From positions 62,001 to 126,000 of IMG/VR virus record IMGVR_UViG_3300042934_000594: a stretch of DNA of 64,000 nt. One strand, written 5' to 3'. The stretch's first letter is position 1, and each line of letters begins with the position of its first letter. The notes under the pieces are model-generated. The model saw only the letters and a program-made list of their open reading frames with translations. It was not told where the DNA came from and did not search any database. The position numbers and the translations under genes were made by a program. This document shows, piece by piece, positions 36,432 through 44,199 of the stretch.

Positions 36432-38173
36432 ACGGTGGTGAGCATGTCCAACGGCACCAGGTGGTCAAAGCGTGCGTGGAACTTCTCGGCCACTGGCGAT
36501 TCACAGTGCGGGCAGTTGTAGCTATTGATAGCCACCATCGAGATCATGCTTTCCTCGATGTACTCCTGGATCTTCTTGAAGAAGTCTTCGGCGTAGTCGT
36601 CATCCGACATCACCGAACCCAGGATACCCGCAATCACGTCGGTTTCACGCGTGACTTCAGTGACGGTGCCTTCCTCGTCCCGCTCCACCACAGCGCTCAC
36701 CCAGTGGGCGTATTGACGGGCGGTGGTGGCTTGACCGAGTTGCTCGATCCAGCGGTTGCGGTTGGTCCCGTGTGGCGGCTCGTTGAACGCACCCTGAGTC
36801 ATTTCCACAATGCCGTCGATCCAGGCCTTGCCCGATTCTTCGTGTTGCAGCACCGAGGGGGTGTGCAGTTCCAGACCCATGTCCCCGAACCAGACCGTGC
36901 GTTCCTTACCGCGCATGTGCTCGGCTTTGTACTTGGCCAGATCAGCATCAGTGGCCTTGTCGCTGGCTTTGCGCAGGCGCAGGGCCATGAACTCTTTCTG
37001 CCACTTGGTCAGGGAGTTCTCATCAGTGAACACCATCGAACGGAAGTTCAAGATGTCCTTGGTGATGTGCTGACATTTCGAAGCATCGGCCATGCACGGT
37101 GCAGCGTAAGGGTAGCCCTTTGGCCACATCACCGCGGCCAGACCCAGGAGCACGTGCTGCTCATCCATCGAATCAAGACGTTCCTTGATATCGGTGGGGG
37201 TGCGGAAGCTGATGTTGGCATCGATCACGTATTGCAAGGCGAAGTCCATGGCCACAGACATCAGTGCTTGCAGCGTGTTGGAGAACGCCAGACCCTTGGA
37301 CTCACGACCCAAGCTGACCTTGACCTGGTTCAACTCGTATTGCAGACCGGTGAGGTCAGCCAGCGTAGGCGAACTGAACCGCAGCCACAGGCCGGAACGG
37401 TAGCACGGCACGTCGAAGGTGGAGCCCGTACCGGTTTTGCGTTGGAAGTAACCGACCAGCTCTTCCTTGGTCAGCTGCTTAGGATCACCCAAGGTTTGCT
37501 TGGGGATACCTGGACGCAGTTCACGGCCATTGACTTCCAGCACGTTGGTCCAGTGGGAGCCTTCGCGCTCACTGGCCGCCAGACCGATGTTGTCCAGGCG
37601 TGCGCTGGAGATGGCATCGAACACGGTGCGCAACCACACGTTACCGTCTTCGTCGGTCAGAGGCTTGCCTTTATCGGCCAGGGCCTTGACCACACGCTCA
37701 TCACGTTCAGTCAAGCGTTCCAGGAGGGCGTTCTGCCGATCCATGACTTGTGTCACGTTGGCATACGACTCACGAAACAGCGACAGCGCTTCGATCAACG
37801 TCGGGACGTCACTGCCTTCTGGCAGGGGCGACGTCGTGGGGGCCTTGTCGTGAACCGTGAAGCTCACTTTCTTTTGGTCCGGGGTGAAAGGCGCGACTTC
37901 AGGCTCTTCGTCGTCGCCCTCATCGGCCTCAAGCTCGTCGCCACCGGCGGGGGTGGGTGCACTCGGCTGCGCCGGTGCAGCTGGGGTATCGCCCAACCAG
38001 TGTTCTTCACCGGCTTCAGCGATCTCACCACGTATGCGTTGCTGTTGTTCCAGGGTCCAGGCGTCCGGCGCTTCACTCGCCGGTTGTGCCATCTGGGCTA
38101 CGAACTCGTCGTAGGTGCCAACGAAGCCGCTTTTCAGCGCGGCGTCGTATTGTTCTTGATACGGCTGGTTCAT
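36401..38173 (-). CDS. Conserved protein (phiKZ gp77-like; baseplate-hub/tail assembly chaperone candidate)
   Basis: ATG 38173 in an ATGA overlap; SGLWLRF, WPKGYPY...C, RQYAHWV, CPHC; ends VPLDMLTTVFTL. Confidence 0.8.
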   Translation of the reverse strand: MNQPYQEQYDAALKSGFVGTYDEFVAQMAQPASEAPDAWTLEQQQRIRGEIAEAGEEHWLGDTPAAPAQPSAPTPAGGDELEADEGDDEEPEVAPFTPDQKKVSFTVHDKAPTTSPLPEGSDVPTLIEALSLFRESYANVTQVMDRQNALLERLTERDERVVKALADKGKPLTDEDGNVWLRTVFDAISSARLDNIGLAASEREGSHWTNVLEVNGRELRPGIPKQTLGDPKQLTKEELVGYFQRKTGTGSTFDVPCYRSGLWLRFSSPTLADLTGLQYELNQVKVSLGRESKGLAFSNTLQALMSVAMDFALQYVIDANISFRTPTDIKERLDSMDEQHVLLGLAAVMWPKGYPYAAPCMADASKCQHITKDILNFRSMVFTDENSLTKWQKEFMALRLRKASDKATDADLAKYKAEHMRGKERTVWFGDMGLELHTPSVLQHEESGKAWIDGIVEMTQGAFNEPPHGTNRNRWIEQLGQATTARQYAHWVSAVVERDEEGTVTEVTRETDVIAGILGSVMSDDDYAEDFFKKIQEYIEESMISMVAINSYNCPHCESPVAEKFHARFDHLVPLDMLTTVFTLANRKLN

Positions 38174-38718
38174 TGCGCGGTTTCCTGTTCGTCGTCCAAG
38201 CCGATCTCCACCACGCCGCCGGCGTGCAGTTGCTCGCACAGGGACAGGATCAACGGCTCGACCACGGTTTCCAAATTGGTGATCTCGGCGCTGTATTGAT
38301 TGGACAGCTCAAACACCTGAGGCAATTCAGTTGCGCTGGGTTGGCCAGCTTTGCCTTTGTGCTGGGCGGCAATGGCATCGAAGTTCTTCTTGGACGTTTG
38401 CAGGTCCTGGACCAGGTTCTGGAAGCTCTTCTGGAAGCCCGTGGCGTCCGGCAGGGTAGCCTTGATGTGGTCCATGCTCTGCATGACCGGTACGACGAAC
38501 GCGCTGGTCGACAACAGCTTGCCTTGGCCCAGGCGGCAGAACTCGGTGAGGATGTCCCAGCCCTTGGGGGATTGCAGTACTTGATCAGCGACTTGCGATT
38601 GCATTTCGAGCATCTCCTGTCGGACCTTTGCCTGCTCGTCGGCAGGCATCTGGTCAAAGTTTTCTACGGCTTTTGGGTCCACGACTTTGATCGCAGCGCC
38701 TTCGATGAGTTGAGACAT
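38170..38718 (-). CDS. Hypothetical helical protein
   Basis: 182 aa, AGGA RBS, coupled to the gp77-like gene. Confidence 0.78.
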   Translation of the reverse strand: MSQLIEGAAIKVVDPKAVENFDQMPADEQAKVRQEMLEMQSQVADQVLQSPKGWDILTEFCRLGQGKLLSTSAFVVPVMQSMDHIKATLPDATGFQKSFQNLVQDLQTSKKNFDAIAAQHKGKAGQPSATELPQVFELSNQYSAEITNLETVVEPLILSLCEQLHAGGVVEIGLDDEQETAQ

Positions 38719-38839
38719 GTAATAGGTTTCCTGAGGCGATTAATGACAATCTGACATATATAAAACAGCTGATGTAATTTTGTTCCTACTTGCGCACCTA
38801 ACTTTATGTCAGTATCTACCGAGTCTTAGGGATTTCATT

Positions 38840-39682
38840 ATGAACCTAGAGTTACAACTAGCCCTGGAGGGGTTGGTGACGCCCGAGCGTCTGGATCTGC
38901 TGCTCGAAGCCAATCGCCTGCTGAGCGGGTTGGGCTTAGACGTGGTGGGGGATGAACTGCAAGAGATCATCGAGATCCAAAACAGCAACGCCGACAACAC
39001 CATGCTGGTCTCCCGGTTAGACGACGTACTGACCATTGGGCTCAATCAAGCCCTGGATAGTTTTGGCGTGCGTTTGATTGACGACGCCACGATGGCGCAG
39101 CGCAATAACGTGCTGCACACCATCGCCTCGCTGGAGCACTACATCATCCCTGACCACCTGGTAGGGTTGACCATGGGCGACTTCACCAACGAGGAAGTCA
39201 TCGCCAACATGACACCGATCTTCACCACGTTGGGGGTTGAGGAAGCCATTGACGTGTTGGCCCTGGTCAGTGATGACCTGGTGGCCCGTATTCATGAAGT
39301 GGCATTGAACGCCATTCAACTGCGTGGCCCTGAGCCAGTGGACCTGTTACCCGACAACACCCGACGCGTCGCTCGCTTGAATCGTCTGATTAAAGGCAAA
39401 GGTGCAGAGAAGTGCACCATCGTCATGGAACTGGCTAATGCCGGCGTGCGTTGCGGCCGGCCACTGGATTCACTGATCCACCAAAACGTCGAGGTCATGG
39501 ACAGCTTTGATTCCGATCATCTTGCTTGTGAACTACTGGCCTTGGTTTACTTCAGTAACGCACCATTCGACGAGGCGTTTACGACGGCCCGGCGATTGGT
39601 TCAAGAGTTCACTGATGAGCTAAGTGAACAGAACCGACTGAACAAGTACCTCACCGACCTGGAACGGGTCGTAGAAGGCTGA
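38840..39682 (+). CDS. Conserved protein (phiKZ gp79-like)
   Basis: 280 aa, directly upstream of the vRNAP subunit. Confidence 0.72.
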   Translation: MNLELQLALEGLVTPERLDLLLEANRLLSGLGLDVVGDELQEIIEIQNSNADNTMLVSRLDDVLTIGLNQALDSFGVRLIDDATMAQRNNVLHTIASLEHYIIPDHLVGLTMGDFTNEEVIANMTPIFTTLGVEEAIDVLALVSDDLVARIHEVALNAIQLRGPEPVDLLPDNTRRVARLNRLIKGKGAEKCTIVMELANAGVRCGRPLDSLIHQNVEVMDSFDSDHLACELLALVYFSNAPFDEAFTTARRLVQEFTDELSEQNRLNKYLTDLERVVEG

Positions 39683-39683
39683 T

Positions 39684-41108
39684 ATGAACAAACGCGATTA
39701 TTTCATCAAGGCTATTAATGCCGGCGCCGGCAAGAAGCGCGCGTGGGTTAACAGCGTGTTCTCGGTGGTGGTGGGGATGGCCCCAGGGGCCAAGAACACC
39801 CGCTTCTGGTACATGACCCGGATTGTCGATGGACGGATGGAGTTCCTGGACCCGGACCACGACATGATCGTGCACGCCGACCCCAACCTGGGTGGGGCTG
39901 GTCCCGAGCAACCCGCCTGGACACCGATCGATGACTTCACCCCAGGGCAGGCGTTGTTCCAGTGGAAAGAAGAGCTGGTGTTACAAGTCGGTGAGATTGC
40001 CAACTACGCAGGTTCCGGTGCACTGATCACCACCTACGGTAACGTCTTCGTCAACTACATGATCCTGGTCTTACCATTCGGTACCACGCTGCCGTACATG
40101 GAAGGCTACATCAGCCTTAAAGCCATCGAAGCGCAGATCATCGACCGCATGATCGATGACCCCATAGAAGACCCTGAGATGGCAGGCTTCGGTGAGTTCC
40201 GACTGCGTACGCTGCCACCTGAACGATACCCCAAAGCGCCTGACGGCAAGATCTATGTACGTCAGTACCTGCACTTCTGTGACAATGCCCTGTCGCTGAT
40301 GGCCTACGCCACCAGCATTGTCTCCTCGGCTTCTAAGAAGTCGATGGTACCCCACCCCGACCGCACTAAGGTGCGTGATGCTGAAGTGGGTAAGTACACC
40401 CCTGAAGAACTCAAGGACCCGGCCATCGTTGCTCGTATCGGCAACGTCATGGAAGACCTGGACCGCGAGCACATGAAGGGTGATCCGGCGGAGCAGTTCT
40501 ACAAGTCCAACGACTCCAAGTTCTTCGGCGGTACCCGCAAGCGCATGTTCTATATGTTCGGCGGCGAGTCACCGTTTGAAGACGGCACCTCCGTGGACTT
40601 TATCCAAAAGTCGTTGGAAGAAGGCATCGACCCGGATTACATGGCGGCGATGAACAACTCCACCCGCTTCGGTTCGTATAACCGTGGTGCGCAGACCAAG
40701 CTTGGGGGTGAGTCGACCAAGACTATCTACCGGATGCTGGGTACCGTGCGCATCGCAGAGCCCGACTGCGGCGTCAAACTCGGTGTGCCCACCCTGGTCA
40801 CCAAAGCGTCCACCAAATCCATCGTCGGCTTTACCATTGTCGATGGCGAGGCCCAGGTCTTGCTCACCCCTGAGAACGTAGGCAGCTACGTCGGGCGGTT
40901 TGTCAACCTGCGGGGCCCGGGTGTCTGCAAGTCCCCTGGCAAGAACCCCTGCGGGGTCTGCGCTGGTCGTGCACTCAGTGAACAGCCCAACGGCTTGGCT
41001 GCCGCTGCTGCTGGTCTGGGGGGTCGCTTCCTGACCCTGTTCTTGAAGAAGATGCACGCCTCCGCACTCAAGACCGCACGCTGGGATTGGAAACGTCTGC
41101 TGAAGTAA
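39684..41108 (+). CDS. Virion RNA polymerase beta' fragment (phiKZ gp80-like)
   Basis: TTYGN, SLEEG, GSYNRGAQTKLGG, PDCG, LRGPGVC...CGVCAG and FLKKMH motifs. Confidence 0.88.
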   Translation: MNKRDYFIKAINAGAGKKRAWVNSVFSVVVGMAPGAKNTRFWYMTRIVDGRMEFLDPDHDMIVHADPNLGGAGPEQPAWTPIDDFTPGQALFQWKEELVLQVGEIANYAGSGALITTYGNVFVNYMILVLPFGTTLPYMEGYISLKAIEAQIIDRMIDDPIEDPEMAGFGEFRLRTLPPERYPKAPDGKIYVRQYLHFCDNALSLMAYATSIVSSASKKSMVPHPDRTKVRDAEVGKYTPEELKDPAIVARIGNVMEDLDREHMKGDPAEQFYKSNDSKFFGGTRKRMFYMFGGESPFEDGTSVDFIQKSLEEGIDPDYMAAMNNSTRFGSYNRGAQTKLGGESTKTIYRMLGTVRIAEPDCGVKLGVPTLVTKASTKSIVGFTIVDGEAQVLLTPENVGSYVGRFVNLRGPGVCKSPGKNPCGVCAGRALSEQPNGLAAAAAGLGGRFLTLFLKKMHASALKTARWDWKRLLK

Positions 41109-41159
41109 TACCCCGTACCTCAATGCTTTACACGCAAGCCACCTAAGGAGTCCATCTAA

Positions 41160-42515
41160 ATGGCCACCCCAGAAGAACAGAAAGCTGCCGTAGAACAACT
41201 GCTGGACAATCCAACTGGCGCCTCGGCGGCCACTGAAGTCCCTACCCCGGCTGACGGTGTCGCCACCCCCTCCCCAGTGGTTGCTGCCATCGCTGAAGCC
41301 AATGCCAAGGCCCTGGAGCAAGCCGGCGCTCAATCGGCCCCTGCTGAAGAAGCCCCCGCTACTGACGAAGCCGCACCTGCTGCCGACGACACTCCAGCCC
41401 CGGCTGCTGAAGAAGTCAAGGACGTTGACCTGGCCAAGCAAGCCCGCACCCAGTTTGAAGTACCGGCCGCCTGGTCCGATGAGCAAGTCCTGGCCTGGGT
41501 CAACCAACAGACGGTTGATCAACCGGTGAAGAACGCTGATGGCGTCTTCTACCTGGACCCAACCCGCGCCAGTCGCGCTGTGCCTGAGTGGAGTACCCCA
41601 GAACTGCTGGCATTCCTTAAGGGCGAACTCAAGGACGTCACCGACAAGCTCAATGGCCCGGTGGTCAACGAGTTCCGCAAACGTGAAGACGTGCCACAGG
41701 CCTGGTCGGTCAAGGAAGTCATCGCGTTTTACGGTCAAGGCATCGAGCCTGAGAAAACCCGTAACGGGGTGTGGAAGAACGACGTGACCCGCGCTGAGCG
41801 TCAAGCGTCCGACTGGTCCACTGAAGAACTGCACGCCTGGGCATTCGGTGAAATCCGTGCGTTGGGTAAAACCAACGACGCCAAAGCGGCCAGCGAACTC
41901 AAATCGCGCGTGAAGCTCACCAGCGAGAACAACAGCCCGGACGCGGTGCGTGCCGCTTACACCAAGCAGCAAACGCAACAAGAAGCCGCTGCGGCCAGCC
42001 AGGCCGAAGCCACCTCGCGTCAAGCACCAGAACCGGCTCCTGCTCAAGCAGCGCCTGCCCCCAAACCCCTCGACACCGTAGAAGGCCTGACCCCGATGAA
42101 CGTGTCTTTCATTGACAGCAGCCTGGCGCGCTACGAAGCCGCCGTCAAACCCGGCAGTTCGGTTGACGAAGCCGCCGCCTTGCGTGCACAGAACAACCTG
42201 GAAAACCTGTTCCAGTACATCATCGCTCTGGAACCGTCGGCCCTGGTGCCTGCTCTCAAGCGCCTGCTGGACTACTTCAGCACGCACCAAGAGAAAGGTC
42301 AGGTGTTCCATGCTGACAACGTGTACCGCTTCACGCACCTGATGCGCACCGAGCGCAAGTACCGTGAGCGTCACATCAACTTCCTCGAAGTGCTGCGCGC
42401 CTACTCGGCCCCGAACAAAGACCTGCGCAAGCAAGTCGATGTCCGCACCCTGGTACGCGACCAACAGCCTGACCGCGTCGAAATGCTGGTGGAGTTCTTC
42501 CAGAAGCACGCCTGA
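41160..42515 (+). CDS. Hypothetical protein with A/P/E-rich N-terminus and WS-x-x-E/Q repeats
   Basis: 451 aa, AAGGAG RBS, highly-expressed codon bias. Confidence 0.82.
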   Translation: MATPEEQKAAVEQLLDNPTGASAATEVPTPADGVATPSPVVAAIAEANAKALEQAGAQSAPAEEAPATDEAAPAADDTPAPAAEEVKDVDLAKQARTQFEVPAAWSDEQVLAWVNQQTVDQPVKNADGVFYLDPTRASRAVPEWSTPELLAFLKGELKDVTDKLNGPVVNEFRKREDVPQAWSVKEVIAFYGQGIEPEKTRNGVWKNDVTRAERQASDWSTEELHAWAFGEIRALGKTNDAKAASELKSRVKLTSENNSPDAVRAAYTKQQTQQEAAAASQAEATSRQAPEPAPAQAAPAPKPLDTVEGLTPMNVSFIDSSLARYEAAVKPGSSVDEAAALRAQNNLENLFQYIIALEPSALVPALKRLLDYFSTHQEKGQVFHADNVYRFTHLMRTERKYRERHINFLEVLRAYSAPNKDLRKQVDVRTLVRDQQPDRVEMLVEFFQKHA

Positions 42516-42521
42516 TGGCAC

Positions 42522-42550
42522 GCCCCTCCTGCGGGAGGGGCTTTATGCCG
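42522..42550 (+). terminator. Hairpin with TATGCCG tail
   Basis: GCCCCTCC-TGCG-GGAGGGGC-TT-TATGCCG. Confidence 0.78.
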
Positions 42551-42596
42551 TATTCTCTGTAGGGTTAAGCTTTTAATGAGGGAAAGAGGGTTAACT

Positions 42597-43352
42597 ATGT
42601 TTGAAGCACTTGCAGGAGTGGGCCAGGGGGTGAGTTACACACTGCCCGCGGACCTAGGACCTGGTCCGACGACTTTGATCGCCGGGGACGCCACGGAAGG
42701 TTACTTTGGTACGCTGACAGCGGCTGAGTTCATCAATGGTACGGCACTGGCCACCGCGATCGGGTTAACCGCAGGGGGCGTCATCAGCTCGCAAGTTAAC
42801 TCTGACTGGCAGAAATTTATTTGGCAGGGCAAGATTTTGTACATGCCCATGCAAGGGTTCCGTAACACCGTTACCTGGAATCAGTTGTACGCCCGTGGGG
42901 CGATCTACGGAGACGATACCAACGGTGCTTACCCGGCAGCCACGCCTGTGGCCCAGAGTGCCCGCGCCACGGTAGGCAATCGAACCTTCCGCGTCCGCGT
43001 CCCTAAAACCGCCATCGGTAACTCGGTGCCATTGGAAGTGGGCAGCGGCAGCGGCACCTCCGGGCGGGTGGACAACCACGTAACCTTCAAAGGCTCGGAA
43101 TGGAACCAGTTGATGTACCGCAGTACGTCAGGCATCGAGACGTATCAGGCGCGGGAGGACTGGGCTGCTTACACAGGCAGTCAATTGTCAGCCGGTTGGA
43201 CCATCATGCAGGAGAGTTCCAGTCAAAACACAGGAGGGTGCGTCATGCGTTCGTACCCAGGGTTTGGCATGGGTTCGGGTCTGTGCGTCTCTAAAGGCTT
43301 GTCCGCCGCCTCGGTAACGTGGAAACCGGTGTTGGAGCTGATTCAGCCTTAA
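42597..43352 (+). CDS. Virion/tail-associated protein, gp131-135-type domain (third paralog, no Mtd_N)
   Basis: GPGPTTLIAGD..GYFG, WQKF, FRVR, GSEWNQL and WKPVLE motifs. Confidence 0.78.
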   Translation: MFEALAGVGQGVSYTLPADLGPGPTTLIAGDATEGYFGTLTAAEFINGTALATAIGLTAGGVISSQVNSDWQKFIWQGKILYMPMQGFRNTVTWNQLYARGAIYGDDTNGAYPAATPVAQSARATVGNRTFRVRVPKTAIGNSVPLEVGSGSGTSGRVDNHVTFKGSEWNQLMYRSTSGIETYQAREDWAAYTGSQLSAGWTIMQESSSQNTGGCVMRSYPGFGMGSGLCVSKGLSAASVTWKPVLELIQP

Positions 43353-43389
43353 CGGCATAATGCCCCTCCTACGGGAGGGGCCTATGTCG
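43353..43389. terminator. Bidirectional hairpin CGGCATA...TATGTCG
   Basis: CGGCATA-at-GCCCCTCC-TACG-GGAGGGGC-c-TATGTCG. Confidence 0.82.
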
Positions 43390-43390
43390 G

Positions 43391-43810
43391 TCAGCCGCGG
43401 TACGCGATGTTGCCAATGTAGTCCAGGTTGTACTTGGCGCCGTACGCCATGGCCATCGCATAGATGGATTCGTATTCACCCGGGGTCAAGTGCAGGTTTC
43501 CTTCCCGGTAGACGTGCATGGCGTAGTAACACACCTTTTCCATCTTCTTGGTCATCTCCGTATGGACCAGGGGTAGGGTGGTGTGGAAGGGGTTAAAGTG
43601 CACCCCGTTGAGCTGGGTTTTGGTGTGTGGGTGATGGGACAGCATCTCCACCACCGCCATCAGGTCCACCAGTTCATTGGCCAGGTGCATGTACGCCGGA
43701 CTGTTCTGGTACTGCGACATCAGCCCAAAGGACTGTGACTTTAAAGCTTCTTTAGCGACCTCGACCGATTCCTCGGCGATCTTACTCAGCAGGTATTGTT
43801 GCCAGTTCAT
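43391..43810 (-). CDS. MazG-like all-alpha NTP pyrophosphohydrolase
   Basis: KIAEESVEV...K..FG...ELVDL gives the EExxE / ExxD metal-binding pattern. Confidence 0.72.
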   Translation of the reverse strand: MNWQQYLLSKIAEESVEVAKEALKSQSFGLMSQYQNSPAYMHLANELVDLMAVVEMLSHHPHTKTQLNGVHFNPFHTTLPLVHTEMTKKMEKVCYYAMHVYREGNLHLTPGEYESIYAMAMAYGAKYNLDYIGNIAYRG

Positions 43811-44199
43811 GCTGCACTCCGTTCGTTAAGGATCTCGGCCAGGGCCCGGGCCTGAGTAATGGGGGTGGTGCCAAACATATCGGAGAGCACGCCGTCGTGC
43901 TCACAGGCGTGCTCTTCCAGTTCTTCCATGAGCGTTGGATTGAGCACCGCCCATTGTTGCCACAAGGCCTTGTACTCGCCCCAGAGGTCGGTATTGGGCT
44001 TAAGTGGGGGTTTGCCCTTCCCTAAGCGCCAATCCCGCCCACCGGGCTGGTAGCCCTTCACATCACACTGGTAGTGCTCCTCAATGGTGCGTCCGTCACT
44101 TAAGCGGCAGAAGAGGGCGCTAAAGCGGCGGTCGCCTTTGGTAGAGCATTCATATCCACCAAATCGTTGATGTCGAAAGGGGGAGCCAAGGCGGGTCCC
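43807..44199 (-). CDS. NADAR-like domain lacking its own start; probable -1 frameshift extension of the exonuclease subunit
   Basis: -1 frame reads GTRLGSPFRHQRFGGYECSTKGDRRFSALFCRLSDGRTIEEHYQCDVKGYQPGG...QARALAEILNE; no in-frame ATG/GTG/TTG before the GTG at 44061. Confidence 0.6.
   Translation of the reverse strand, partial: GTRLGSPFRHQRFGGYECSTKGDRRFSALFCRLSDGRTIEEHYQCDVKGYQPGGRDWRLGKGKPPLKPNTDLWGEYKALWQQWAVLNPTLMEELEEHACEHDGVLSDMFGTTPITQARALAEILNERSAA

Noticed and set aside
43807-44061. 84-aa stand-alone ORF starting at GTG 44061
   Set aside because: The start falls inside the motif-rich region and omits GGYECSTKGDRRFSA...TIEEHYQ. An upstream GAGGAG is present but about 15 nt away, so this start is disfavoured rather than excluded.
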